From Lingula anatina (taxonomy: Eukaryota > Animalia > Brachiopoda), in assembly GCA_051362555.1 (NCBI GenBank), contig CM120640.1:24910225-24974224 (forward strand): a DNA stretch of 64,000 nucleotides, given 5' to 3'. The translations under genes and the position numbers were made by a program. Shown one piece after another: positions 15,747 to 28,816 of this stretch. The notes beneath the pieces were generated by a model. The model saw nothing but the letters and a program-made list of their open reading frames with translations, had not been told where the DNA came from and ran no database searches. Each line of letters starts with the position of its first letter. Within the stretch, counting starts at the first letter, position 1.

Positions 15747-16911
15747 ATGAAAATATGAGTAAAAGAATTTCTATAATTGACATTCAACAATGTGATAACA
15801 CAGAAAGAAAAGAAAATTTGAGTGTCAGAGTCAGATTATGCAGACTACCTACCGTATGTATTGTATTAGACCCCATTCCCATACCTAGATCAATCTAACA
15901 TCACTTGTCGAACCATTTCTGAGGGGCTCCTCACTAAATTACTTTCAGCTTAAGCGGCTTAGATGTCTGGTACACCTACTGTTGATGCTAAACGATTGTT
16001 AATTACCCCCTATAACAGCTTCAGTGGGCGTGCCAGACATCAGGTGGCGCTTAAGCTATTAAAGCAATTTAAGGGGCCCGCACACGGTGAGCATTTGGCG
16101 CGCGCCACTTGCGCTGCGCCGTTTTCTCATCGTGTGCGGGGGTATTTTGGTGAGATTTTTGCCTCACGCGCGGCTGAGCAAAATTTCTCACGTGTTTGAT
16201 TTTTTTGGTCTCTTGAGGCAAATGTCTCAGCGTGTGCGGGGTGCAAGCGCCGATTGCTCACGCCATGCTAACAATGCGCATGTGCCAGTAGCCAGAAACA
16301 AACAAAAATGGCAGCCCCCAGCCGAAGTCAACAAAAATGTACACAGTTATAGTTAGTCTGATTGATTAACGTGGTCACCATTATCCATTACTATCAGAAA
16401 AAAACAACAATATATAATGTTTCCTTAATCACATGATCCCACAGTTCGCGGTGCGTCCGATAGGGGCAGGCCGGGAGGCATCTCTGCTGAGCAAAGAGCG
16501 CATCGTTTGCGGGGAGCTGAGGAGCGCGAGCATCTGGCGCAGCGCAAGTGGCGCGCGCCGAATGCTCACCGTGTGCGGGCCCCTTTAGCGAGAAAGCCCT
16601 CGGAGATAGGTCGATGCTGCTAGATCGATCTAGGTATGGGAACGGGGTCTTATATTACTAATGAGTCATGACAGTCTAAATCGCAGCACGAGGATTATTC
16701 ACAATCACATTCAGTACTGTATATCGTATCATCAACTTATATCGCGTTAAATAAAACATTGTGCATATCTTTATGTCTATAAATATCAGTTGCTTATATT
16801 CATGAAAAAACTCAAAACCAGTTTAAAATGAAGTAAACACACACCTTCTTTTTCCTTCTGTAAAATCAATCGATTGAGTCGTCCAAATTGCTTCTCTTCG
16901 TTTCTGGCCAT
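13743..16911 (-). CDS. Isy1-like splicing-factor-family protein (ISY1 paralog, uncharacterised)
   Basis: Five phase-compatible GT-AG exons: 16911-16845, 15578-15544, 15241-15167, 14867-14684, 14284-13743. Protein: MARNEEKQFGRLNRLILQKEKEEQLKKNPPRPRLDTLNAPEEIKKWIPSLQKDIDFNLKQSQVPCYPESKIQEYKDNVNKYERLYKAFLKKLKTLDP...LLGLDYDTSSDSDRDSDF. The N-terminus resembles the Isy1 MARNxEK...RP...KW motif but is divergent from canonical ISY1. Confidence 0.8.
15698..15747. repeat. (AAAT)n microsatellite
   Basis: About 12 perfect AAAT copies. Confidence 0.95.
15869..16649. mobile_element. Fold-back MITE with TTA target duplication (PIF/Harbinger-like), interrupted by a second MITE
   Basis: tta|GACCCCATTCCCATACCTAGATCAATCTA ... 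TAGATCGATCTAGGTATGGGAACGGGGTC|tta. Once 16072-16584 is removed, the arms stay complementary for about 110 bp. Confidence 0.85.
16072..16584. mobile_element. GC-rich 513 bp MITE with TTA target duplication (PIF/Harbinger-like), nested
   Basis: tta|AGGGGCCCGCACACGGTGAGCATTTGGCGCGCGCCACTTGCGCTGCGCC ... GGCGCAGCGCAAGTGGCGCGCGCCGAATGCTCACCGTGTGCGGGCCCCT|tta: about 49 bp TIR with one mismatch. Confidence 0.9.
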
Positions 16912-17212
16912 TGTCGCAGTACCAATGTTTACCTCTATTCTGAGCTTTTTCACAAAATAGATTTAGTTTCACATAAAATTTTATCTTTAGTAGACATGCA
17001 TTGATAATACCAATATAATATAGCTTCATACATAAATTAAATTAAAATAAATTTATCAAATATCAATAGTATTGAAATAAATAAGAAATCTTTTTATATC
17101 CAATAATCCGTAAAAACAAAAACACACAAGCAAATCAACTTTACATTGTAAATGATCAGACCAGACACACTACGATAGTTTTGATAAAAATAGTGGCGCA
17201 TTTCATCTTACA

Positions 17213-20200
17213 ATGGCAGCCAGGCCTGTAAGTACTTCTTAAGAAACATTGCTGTTCAGTTTGGTAGCCTGTGCTTTATAATCATATAATGGAGTCGTTT
17301 TGATATTGATTTTGAATTGAAATTTGTCAAACTTGATTTTGCCGGTGATGCACAAACAGGAATGGTAGCTACGATAGGAACCGTACTCCGTTCCTAGTTG
17401 CTTTGTACAGGTGACATTTTTCCCATATACTAACCCCAATACTCCGACTAACCCTAACCTGTACTCATCATATGGGTCCCCGGACTTCCATTCCTAGGAC
17501 TACCATTCCTGTCACACCTGTATCGGTCTTTGATTCCCTCTGTGCACTTGTTAGTATACTCTGTACTTACCTCAAGAGTTTTAATTTTAATTAAGTTCAT
17601 CATAGAATATAGTGACTGAGAATGTGACACCAGTGATTGCAGTTTTGCATCTCATGGTTGTATCATCTTTATACATACTGTATATGGCTTAGTCATTGAT
17701 TGTCATGTTGATTGCTACAATTTAAAGTGATGGCATTTGTTAATCAATCTTTTTTCTATACAGACTCCAACACCACAGGAGTTCTCTGTGAGGGTGCCAA
17801 AGTGAGTTTTCTTTAAAATGATGTAGCTTCAAATATATTGTATATATAAATATATATTAATCATAGTAATAATGTTATTTAAAAACGGGTTGTGGTAAAG
17901 ATGTTTTTGCATTGCAGATTGTATACCTTTTGATAGTTAATAATGCTCTTATAAAAAGAATTGTGATATTTTACATTGTGTTATGATTCTCTGATGATGA
18001 CATGCAACATTTTAGTTATTTTGTTTAAAATTTTTTTACATATGTCTTTTAATATTCCTTTATTCTTATTTACTAATGTTTTTTTCAACTATGATGCAGT
18101 GATTGTAATTATCCAACCCTTGGGTTGCAAGTTTGGTAATAATAATAATAATAACATACTTTTTCAGGAAAAATACCAAGAAGTTCAGTATTATGCGCTT
18201 CAATGCTTCCAATAACCTTGATTTTTCGAAGGCAAAACAAGAAAACATGCAGGTAAATGTAAAGTTATGTTGGATAGCATTTTGTAAACAAATGTCATTT
18301 GCATTCACATTTGTTAATTTGGTCTTCATGAAGATTACAGTACAAAGGTGATAGTGATATATTTACAAACATTAATTATTAAATTATAGTATTCCATCTA
18401 GAAACTAATTGTCTCAAAGGCCACTGCTGAACAAAGTGACATAAATAGGCAAAATCTATTGCATTTTGTCACTTAAATCAACTTGCCTTATGTAATTTTT
18501 TTTCAGGCTAAAATAGGGAGAGAAAACAACTTGAGGGAATACAAGAACGCAAATGATCTAGAAGATCTTCCTAAGTTTGGTGCTGGCAGTGAGTACGGTA
18601 GAGAGCAGAGGGAAGAAGCACGAAGGAAAAAATATGGCATTTTGCTGAAGAAATACAACCCAGAAGATCAGCCCTGGCTTTTAAAAGTAAACAAAGGCAC
18701 TGACCAGCCTAGAAAGTAAGTGGATTGGCTTCATTAATTATATAATCAATCACAGTTTCTAAAATGAATTAGTGAAGCTGATGACATGTATATTTCCCAT
18801 TAACTACATTATATGAAAAATTAAATGTGTTCATTGATTTTTTTCAGGTTCAAAGGCACCAAAGAAGGAGGGATCAATGACAACACATCATATTTTGTCT
18901 TTACACAGGGGCCAGATCTAGCATTTGAGGCATACCCAGTGGAAGAGTGGTACAACTTCAACTCTGTGATCAATTATAAATATTTAAACTCAGAGGAGGC
19001 AGAGGAAGAATTTAATAGGTGTGTCTGATGTGCCAATGTTAAAGCAATAATAACTCTTCGTTTCGGCCAAAAAATGAATTTTCCTGGAGTAAACAACAAT
19101 TTTCCCATACTTACCAATGGTTAATGAATCCATTTTTACATTCAAAGTTAGTCCCTGGTTTTTTTCTAAAAAGTTTGGTTTTTTGTTAAAATCTCTTAAG
19201 AGAATTTAACAGAGTATAGCTATCAATGGAGGTCACGTGGTCTGAAGACAAGCTCAGATATCAGAATAATAGCTATAACTGCTGTTTTTGTGGTAAAACA
19301 GAATATATTATATTTCTATGAGTTATTCACAAGGTTTTTATTGTGAAATATACATCTCATACGAAGAGTTATTATCACTTTAACTTATGTTATGATTTGC
19401 ATATTATGAAATTATGAATATCATGACTATATGTATAAAGTTCTATTTTTATAATGAAACTTATTTCACATTGTAAGACCTTTATTCTTATATCTTAAAG
19501 ATTCAAAATCTTATCCTATTTGTTGAAAAAAGTTTTTGTTGTTTTACTAGGCGAGACAAGACTTTGAATATGTTTTCCATAATGTTACGGAAGAAAATGA
19601 AGAATGAAGATGATGCATTGGATGCTGAAGAAGGAGAAAGCATTAAAGATAAGAAGAAAACAAAGAAAAAGAGTGACCTGGTAGGATTATGTTTGAATTA
19701 AGGTTATGCATTAATTGAAAACATGTACCCAAATATTTTATCACACATATTAAAAATTTTTGTATTAAAGAAATCTGTATGATAAAACTGATTTATTTCC
19801 ACCATTTGTCACTATAGATGCTAACTGAAATGGAAGATTGGGTGAATTCAGATGAAGACGATAATGATGAGGATGATGATGAGGATGAAGATGGAAATAA
19901 AGAAAAAGATGAAGGTATAGAATCATTTTATGTTATTTTGCATTACTTATTTTGTGTAAAGGAATATTGCAAATTGAATTATAAGTGCATATTGTTAAAT
20001 GTTTAAAAAATATCAGGGGAGTTAGAGAAGGATGCAGTCACAATGCTGATTAAGTTCAGTATTATATTAATGGTTAGATATACAAAGTGAATATGCCTTT
20101 TTTTAGAAGGTATCCCAAAGAAGAAAGGAAAGGGAAAGAAATCCAAAAAGAAAAAGGATGATGATGATGAGGGTGATGAAGAAGGAAAAGAGGACAGTGA

Positions 20201-22137
20201 TGATGGTGACTATGATGATAAAGAAGTGGATTACATTACGGATTCTGAATCTTCAAGGTAAACAAAACTTCCGGAATAATATGTTTCTCTGTGATATGGG
20301 AAATTTGCAGTAATCAAGTTTTCTTTGGTACTACACAATACAAAAGCAGTGTATTTTATACTCAATTATTTAAAGGTCAATTCCTCATAGCAAGAGAATC
20401 ATTAGTCTCTGTTAGAATATCAATTATCCATATCAACCATTGTGTTTAACATAATTATCCATATGTTACATTTGTGACATGAAATAGAACATGGCATGCC
20501 TTGTCAAAGATCTTGGTAATAAAGTAATGATATTTTAACCCATGGTAATTCTGTATCTTTTCTAGTGACGAGGAATTTACAGACAAAAGGAATGAAAAAC
20601 GATATGATGAAAAAGGTGTTGTAGATGAGGAAGGTTTAAGAGACCTGAATGAATCAGGAGAGAGTGAAGAAGAGACACAGGAGCAAGAGAAAGATAAAGA
20701 AGATGAGGATGCTGGAAGTTCAAAAGGGGCCAAGAAAGGTCAGTGAATCCAAAATTTTACTCATTTTATGGAAATTTTGGATGGTATTGGGACATAACTG
20801 TGTGTATATATTTGCTTCGGTATGATAAGTTAAAAAAATACATTTCAACTCTGTTATACTTAATATTTGTAGAGAAACAGGACAGTAGCAGTAGTAGCTC
20901 TGACAGTTCAGATGAAGACCCAGAGGAAGATGGAGGTTTTGCGTCAGCTTTATTTATGCAGCAGGTAAACAATGATGGGTTATTAGATAACTCCAAGAAA
21001 TTAAAAGCGATATTGTATTTTTCATTTCTCAATAAATCTGCAAATTTTTCTTTTTAATAACTATAGTTTCCCATTAATAATAAGTAAAATGCTAGTGAGT
21101 GTATATTTTTGTAACACATTACACTAACAGATTTCAGGTTGCTCTTTTACATTATTGATTACATGATTACATTGATTACATCATAAGTTTTTCAGCTCAT
21201 TTAAGAAACTTGTGTAAAAAGCATGCACACATGTAATTTCAGAAAAAGAAGAAGCCATCCAGTCGGAGAGGATCTACAGGTTCAGAACCTAACAGCAGAA
21301 ACAACAGTAGATCCAACACGCCCATTCCAGGTGAAAAGAAGACTGAAGATAAAGGTATGGGCTAGGTACACTTCCTGGTGTATTATGTAAATTGCAATTG
21401 CTCAACGGAAATGAAAGACTTCGATTCATAAACTGTTTTGTTAATAATTGCTGAGTAATATAACATAAACTCTCTGTGTTGCAGCTGTTAAAAGAAAAGC
21501 AGAAACAGAGAGTCCCTTGGCTAAGAGAGTAAGGACAAGCAGCCCAATCACTGCATCGGCATCCAGTAGTGCCACATCAGCAGCCTCCACTAGTGGTACT
21601 TCTCTAGTGACTATAAGGTATGGAAATGCAGCTAACTATGGTGATAGTCACTGCTTTAAGATAAAACATTAACTAGTTATACAGCTGCATAACTTAAAAA
21701 TAATAATAAAAATAAAAATAAATAAATAATAATAATAAATAAGCAATGCTCAGAAATTTTACAGAAATATCTGAAAACTTCAGTTGGCGTAGCTAGTAGT
21801 TGTCGTGAATGAAGCAGAAATCTAATACTTTGATCAACTAGAAATATAATGTCTTTTAGTGTATCTGATTTTGTAAACCCATGACAATAAACCCAGGTTA
21901 ATGATATTTGTTCATTTTCATTGCAGTAGCTCTGAGGGAATAACAGAGGATGCTGTAAAACGATACCTCCAGAGAAAACCAATGACTGCCAGAGACTTGA
22001 CACAAAAATTCAAGTCTAAGAAAACAGGACTCACTAATGAGCAACTAGTGACTACTTTAACACAAATACTTAAAAAACTTAATCCTGATAGGAAAAAGAT
22101 TAAAGACCAAATGTACTTTTCCATCAAAGCAGATTAA
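17213..22137 (+). CDS. GTF2F1: General transcription factor IIF subunit 1 (TFIIF-alpha / RAP74)
   Basis: 13 exons: 17213-17227, 17764-17801, 18168-18252, 18507-18715, 18848-19018, 19551-19680, 19818-19914, 20107-20257, 20566-20738, 20873-20964, 21243-21354, 21485-21617, 21927-22137. Motifs PKFGAGSEYGREQREEARRKKYG, DQPWLL, FEAYPVEEWYNF, an acidic middle region and the C-terminal winged helix ITEDAVKRYLQRKPMT. Confidence 0.97.
19043..19379. mobile_element. TTAA-flanked MITE (Kolobok-like), copy 1, in GTF2F1 intron 5
   Basis: ttaa|AGCAATAATAACTCTTCGT ... ACGAAGAGTTATTATCACT|ttaa. Similar along its full length to 39214-39589. Confidence 0.88.
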
Positions 22138-23412
22138 AAATTCCATCTATAGATAACTCAAGGATAACTCAAGGTTTTTTGTTAAATGAATGGCAGCTGA
22201 TATAAAAATGAGATCATCTCCACATGGATATTCATAGACAAAAGTGGTTTGAGATGGTACATGTAGATCATTGGGTCAGTTTTGTTAGTTTGAAGTTTGA
22301 CTAACAAAATCATGAAAATTAATTACCATACGTGCAGAGGCAGACAAAACTGAAGTTTCATGCGAAACAAAAGTATTGTTTGGAATTGCATGTTTATTTT
22401 TAAGTGGTTGTACCTTTTGTTAAATATGTCGCATGGACTTCTTTTATAACTTTCATAATGCTGAGTGTAATTGAATCAAAACAATTTTGTGAGAAAATAT
22501 TAAATTAAGATATTTAGTTAAGCACTTATTTTGTAGATGTATGAATTATGTACCCCTCAATTTCTCACTTGTGTCTGATCTTTCACATGTTCACAAGAGG
22601 GACATGTTAGCACAATTTCATGTATTGAAGCCAATTGAATGAAAAGTTCTGACATGTTGCAATTTAACACAACTCACCACAAATCTACCAGCCCTGGGGG
22701 AATTTTATCTGTGTAAATATATAACTTCTTTCTTAATGTTTTTTTTTTTTTCATGCTAACAGGAGTCTGTACATGTGCCATTACTACTGTAAATAAATTG
22801 CATTGAATATATTTGTCAATCAAACCTATAAAATTACATATATTTATTAACGTTTTTTAATATTTTGATTGCCCTTCTCAAGAGAAAGGTAATTTCTGTA
22901 AAAAACTGATAAAATAATGCAACAAGTTATTACTTTTTAAATGGAATTTAATAATGCAAAAAATAAAGAGCATATTTTATCACAATATTGCTTTTTCAAA
23001 CACATTTGATTATAAAGAGATATACTCTTCGTAAGCAAAACAGTTTGTGCTTAAGTTAAAAAATTAATCTGACAATTCACCCCTTAAGTTGCTGCACACT
23101 GAAGCTGTATATTATAAGGAGTATTGTTGTTCTTTTTCCAGCACCAAAAGTCACAAAAATACACTTTCTTATATACTTAAAAATTGCAGAATCTAGTTAA
23201 GTAATTCACAGATGACAAATGCAAATGAAGTACGCAGTTTAATCATTTTGTGTAAAGTCGATTCTTTTCCGAATGCCACACAGAACATGCAGTTGCAGAA
23301 CAGGAATAAAAAGGCTTGAAGAATTTAACCTTGTATCTAATCATTATGAAAAACTATTTCAAGCTCTGGACCCCCACTCCATCTAATGAAGAAATCCAGT
23401 TACTGCATGAGA

Positions 23413-26400
23413 TTATAACCTGTGGGTTTGTTCTACTAGCCACTCTATACCGTCTGTAACACCTCCAAGCGTCTCTACATCACAGTCAAATACCTAAAAA
23501 CAGACAAGCATACCTTTATTAATTCTGTAACTCATTGGACATCTTTTGCTTTTACTTTAAATAGTGCTATTTTCATCCATTTTATGGTTTCATTACTATC
23601 GTTTACATTATCATTTTGGACTTAAAATAAGTAAAACCAAAATTCAAATTCCAAAGAATTGCATGTAATGCAAAATTTCAAAATAGTGAAAGTTACATGT
23701 TTTACAAAAAAAAAAAAAAAGAAAAAAAATTGCTTCAACATTTAAATCCAGCATTATCCTCACCTGCCATGGCTTGGACAGTCTCCCAAGATCCAACTGG
23801 TTGACCACATCAATACATGGCTGCCTTGGAATGGTTGTGTTTTTCACACAGGATAAAATTACCACTGGAATGTCTGGGGATGACCACCTCTCATTGACCA
23901 TTGCAAATAGTTCTGCCTTGCTCTGACCCACTGAAATAATTGATTCAATGGTCACATCTATTTTTAATTGATAAAAAAAATTGTCTTCCTTTATGCTTTA
24001 CCCAAATTACCATATGTATTATAAAAGAATTAATTAACTCCATGCATCTTCTTTTCCATTTTATTATGAATATGCAAATCTAATCTTGCCTTTCATCTTG
24101 TACTAAAAAGAAACAGATTTTAAAGATGTATAGTGGAAACGGAAACAGATATAAAAATTATGTATACCAAACAATAAAGCTCCCAGGCTTTCACTTGTAA
24201 TTAAGTAAATGTCACTTACAAGCAGTATTTTCCTTTGAACTGTCGACTACAAAAATGAAAGCATCTACAGTCCTGCACAGTTCTTTGACGCTTTGGCAAA
24301 GTTCAAATGTCTCCTCTCCATTTTCTGCATCAGCCACCTGTTTCTGTAGCAGTCTGTTATTTCTGAGTCTTTGTTCTGCATTTTTGTTTTCTCTTTCATT
24401 TTTGGTGTTTGTGTATAAAATTGTCAAGTTGAAAAAGAGTTTCTTTAGATTCACAGTTACTCCTGAGCCATAACCTGAAATAAGAAAAATTTTTTTTCAA
24501 AAACCGAATTAAATGCACCTATCGAAACAATACCCTTATCACATATATAAACTTAAGAAAAAAAATGCTGAAATTGTAATATTTTTTTCTCAAAATAAAG
24601 TAAACATTTTATTGAAATAATTTAAAAATGAGTTCATTCACCAACATAAAAATATCAATAATAAAATATGATTTACCTCCTTCCACGTGTCCAGGAAACA
24701 TCCCTGTCACTTTAAATGGTGTGGCCTTGTCTTGAATAATCCTCCTAACAATTTTACTGGTGCTTGATTCCAAACCTGGCCCAAACATGGCTACCATAGG
24801 AGGCTTCCTGCTTGGCATCAAATATCGCAGCCAACTTGACAAATTGTGAAAAGTAACATTCATGCGTCTTCGTAGTCTATTTACTTCAGGAGAACATCTC
24901 AGGTAGCTGAAATGTAGAAGATTTCTATTGAAATAAGGAGAGCATAGAATTAAGAATTTTATATTACCGTGTGCACTTTTACTATTAGTATACTAGAAAA
25001 TGAGAATACATGTATCTGCATAGTTTTTAGTTAAACAGTCGCATATAGATAAAGAATACACTAAGCACATGACCTTGAATTACATGTAATTCTACACTGA
25101 ATTCACCTACAGTGATAAAATATAAACTTCTGAGCTGACTTACATTTCCTTATTAGACCAGTCAGACTGCACTTCTTTATACATAGCTGGGTTTGTGGTG
25201 TGGCCAATAACCTCCCATTTTTTCGAGTGCAATTTTAACTTTTGATCCCAAAGAATGTTGTCTGAAGAAAGCTCTTTCCAGTCTTTACATACTCTGCTCA
25301 CCCGACACAGATCTTGTGCACTTAGAAGTGAAAAGATATGTAGCTTTACATTGGCCTGTAAATAAAAATAATAAAATATTTATAATAAATAATGAAAATA
25401 AAAATTAAACAGATCCACTGACAAAACACAATGATGATACATTTTTCTTTTATCTCATATGTACAGCAACTTTAAACAAGAATTTAACAGTTTACTGTGG
25501 TGCTAGTAGATACATACATAAGAGCGAATGCATAAACATTGGAAAAACATTGGGTGCAAATGTTTCCATATGTTACTAGTGCAACTATTTATTACAGCAT
25601 GATTTCATTGATCTGAATTTTAAATAATAGATAAAACTACCGGTATGTGCAGAACTTATATAAAAATTAATGTGTCATCCCTCTTTTTTTTGTCTCAGTA
25701 TATGTCAAAGACAGTTGGAGTGCTAATTAAGTTACTAACTCAAGCAATTTGTGTTATTGCGGTAATTACTGTATACTAGTTGATACCCATTAATAATAAT
25801 AATAATTTGAAAAAAAAGGGACTGAGAGGGAATTGAATCCACTCCCCGTGTTTGGCAGCTAAGGACATTTCCACTGGGCCAACAAATCCTGCTGTCTGAT
25901 GTACTGTAGTGCTACTGACAAGATATGATACCTGGTCACACATGCCAAAGATTCACAGAAATTGCCAAAGGCTAGAAATGCCTTCAAAAGATACTTTTAA
26001 CAGTTTTAATCAAAATCAAGCTACGGCCACTATCTTTCCACTGCCCTAAGGTATTGCTTACACCTGTCAGTTGTCAATAGAGCGTCGTACGTGTAGTTTG
26101 GGAGAAAAACATGAAGGGAGACTTGGGCTATTACTAAAAAGATGTATAGCATATAGCCCCGTACTTACAGGTAGATCACTGAAAGAAGTAGATGCATTCC
26201 CAGCCATATAGTCAGCAAGTTCTTCAATCTCTACTGTTGTGTTTTTGTTTTCCCTTTGGCGATGAATTAAGAATTGCTGTATTCCACCGGCAAAAAACAA
26301 GTTGCCTTTTTGATTCAATTTGTAAATGTCTAATAGTTTTGCAAATGATGGTAAAGCGTCTTCTTTAGAGCCTAGATCGGCCCTAAACGAAACGCTTTGG

Positions 26401-26492
26401 TTTCTACTTGGCTGGGCCATCACCGGCCGCGAGCACTCTTGATATGACTTCCCCATTTGGCAGGGAGGCATTGGAACATAAACATCAGCCAT
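23413..26492 (-). CDS. FBXO4: F-box only protein 4
   Basis: Six phase-compatible exons: 26492-26169, 25355-25144, 24906-24677, 24474-24220, 23930-23764, 23493-23413. F-box (FSDLPANVKLHIFSLLSAQDLCRVSRVCKDWKELSSDNILW) and the Fbx4 GTPase-like substrate domain motifs AMFGPGLE, GSGV, VDAFIFVVD, PVVILSC, PWQV, GIEWL. Confidence 0.93.
25818..25889 (-). pseudogene. Degenerate tRNA-like sequence (Gly-GCC-like pseudogene or tRNA-derived SINE head) in FBXO4 intron 1
   Basis: 72 nt GGATTTGTTGGCCCAGTGG...CTGCCAA...GGATTCAATTCCCTCTCAGTCCC followed by T8. A-box-like and B-box-like motifs and an anticodon-loop-like CT-GCC-AA are present, but the stems pair poorly. Confidence 0.35.
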
Positions 26493-26669
26493 GGTTAAGA
26501 ATAAAACCAACTTCGACTGAAACTTTACCTTAAGTTCCCACAGAAGCAAATAAAGTTTTGGTCCGCGATGTTTCCCCTCTAAGTGCGGTGTTTAAAAATG
26601 TGGGATTCACTGAACTGCGTGTCTATATAGAATTGTGACTAATCACATGTCATTTGACAGTACGTGTCA

Positions 26670-26782
26670 CTTCCAGCGTGGCTGCTCCATGTAAACAAAT
26701 GCACGCCACTTCCGGAATTATCGCGCATGTCGGATGTCCATGTTACGACCTTGACCTCTTTCCGTGTTGTCTAAAAAGCAAG
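26670..26782 (+). promoter_or_regulatory. RPL37 promoter with TCT/TOP initiator, within the FBXO4-RPL37 bidirectional promoter
   Basis: CCTCTTTCC at 26755-26763, about 28 nt upstream of the ATG (ribosomal-protein TCT motif); ETS-like CACTTCCGG near 26707. Confidence 0.65.
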
Positions 26783-28816
26783 ATGGTAGGTGTAGTGGCA
26801 AAGCCCTCCGAAATCCATTTAATCTACATTAAAAAAACGATCATATACTTTTTGGAGTATTTTCCTAGTACATGCACATATCTTTCTTCCGAGAAAATCC
26901 ATTCTGAAACTGAATATACTTGAATAGGACTGGAAATTGTCAATGCGACATGGACGATTCTATCCTTGTCCTTTCCTTAAAGAATTGGTCCTATTTCTAG
27001 TCCCTCTCGTCAGAGAATATGCAAACACAGTTGTTTGTTAAAGGGTGGCTATTGCAGTATTTCCCGTATTAGAGCTTTTGTGAAATGTATTTGTCGGTTT
27101 ATATGGATTTAGCGCTGACAGAATATAACCGCGATATAACTTGGCCTTCACTTCAGATTTAGATTCCCTTGATTTCTTACTATTAGTAAGACCAGTGAGA
27201 ATGTATATTGTATATTCCTTAAGTTCACCCCACACTTGTTTAATTCTGATGATTCCTTGTCTGAGTAGGTTACTACCAAACAATTCTCTTCTTGGTATTT
27301 CTACAGTCCCTCCCCCTCCACTCCGACTTGTCACTGTTAGAGTTTGAATGCCACTAATGCATAGGTGTTGGAGATTATATGATAGTAAAATACTGAAACC
27401 GGGACATGGCGTATGGCTCTTCCAGAGTCTACAAACTTTAATGTACAAAATATTGAGAGTGATCTCATAATTTCATAAATGGCGACAGCTTTGATATTGG
27501 TGGTATAGCAGTTATACCTCACTAGTTTCAGAATGAAGTAGTTCAGGATTATATAGACAACAATGTGTTTATAATGTATCTATGGATATTTTAAGATTCC
27601 CCAATTGAAGCTATTTTATATAATTTAGATGTCTTTGTTGTCTGTCAAGCTTATTGAAGACATAACTAATGTTTATCCTTGCAGACCAAGGGGACATCAA
27701 GCTTTGGAAAGCGGCACAACAAATCTCACACGTTGTGCCGCCGTTGTGGTCGTAGCTCCTACCACATTCAGAAGAAAACATGTGCACAATGTGGTTATCC
27801 TGCAGCAAAAATCAGGAAATGTAAGTATATTTCACCAATCTGTTTTGGTAATTAATTTAGGCTAGTTGTCAACTGGGAATGACATCTTTAGGAGAAAATT
27901 TAAGATGAATGTTGATCATTTCAATATGCCTGTGCTATATAATACATGTAATATGTTATCACAGTGCTCAATGTGTAGTGGGGAGTTATTAATGCGAGAA
28001 CAATAAAGTAGTTGTGTTGAATTTAATTGTGGACCTGTCATCTGTGCACCTCTGCTATAAAAATTGTTTTGAGTGATACAAGATAATAATAACAACAACA
28101 ACAACAACACGGGTCAAATTCTTTAGGAGTATGCCTGATATCAGGATTTTCAGTCTTTTTTGATCATTTTTTCATATGGTCCAAATGCAATGAAAAATTG
28201 CAAGTTTTGTTTTCAGGATTTTCAGTTTTTACACCTTTCACCCATGTAATAATAATAAAGGACTTCCCTTAAGTGCACCAAAGTCCAACTTGCCCTTTAC
28301 TTATTATGGCCTGTTTCCAGTTTCTCTTAATTCACGTATTACTGAATTGATATCAGACATATTTATTGTGTGGCTGTTATGTGTATTTCAGTTAACTGGA
28401 GTGTAAAGGCCAAGAGAAGGAAGACTACTGGTACTGGTAGACAGAGGCATCTCAAGATAATCTACAGAAAATTCAGGTAAATTTTTAATATTAGATTTGA
28501 TCCAACGTTCAGTATATCTGCTGGTGGGTCCATGTTAAAGTCCAGACTAAATATGTATGCGAAGCAGTTGAAAATTCAATATCATGTCACCTGTGTTTCT
28601 GTCCATGAGGTAAATAATGTTAACAATTAATACCACTGATTATATGACCTAAATGAGTTGTTATAGTTGAAGAAAGTGAGGCGTTGATATATCTATGGTG
28701 TCATAAGCTGCAAAAATGCTTTTTATTATTTCAGAAATGGTTTCCGTGAGGGCACAACTGCAAAACCCAGACAGAAGTCTCAAGGCCAACCAAGCCAAGC
28801 TTTGGCCAAGCAGTAG
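26783..28816 (+). CDS. RPL37: 60S ribosomal protein L37 (eL37)
   Basis: Exons 26783-26785 (ATG only), 27685-27820, 28392-28476, 28735-28816 give [101 protein letters not shown]. Confidence 0.98.

Noticed and set aside
17400-17520. TAACCC motifs as interstitial telomeric repeat
   Set aside because: Only two or three scattered copies; more likely a fragment of a small interspersed element, too weak to call.
27038-27448. 136 aa ORF antisense within RPL37 intron 1
   Set aside because: Non-ATG start, no homology cue; consistent with a chance ORF.
28590-28690. Possible intronic C/D snoRNA in RPL37 intron 3
   Set aside because: Only degenerate boxes (ATGAGG, CTGA, GTGA), with no terminal stem or recognisable rRNA-complementary guide. 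A snoscan or Infernal search would be needed.
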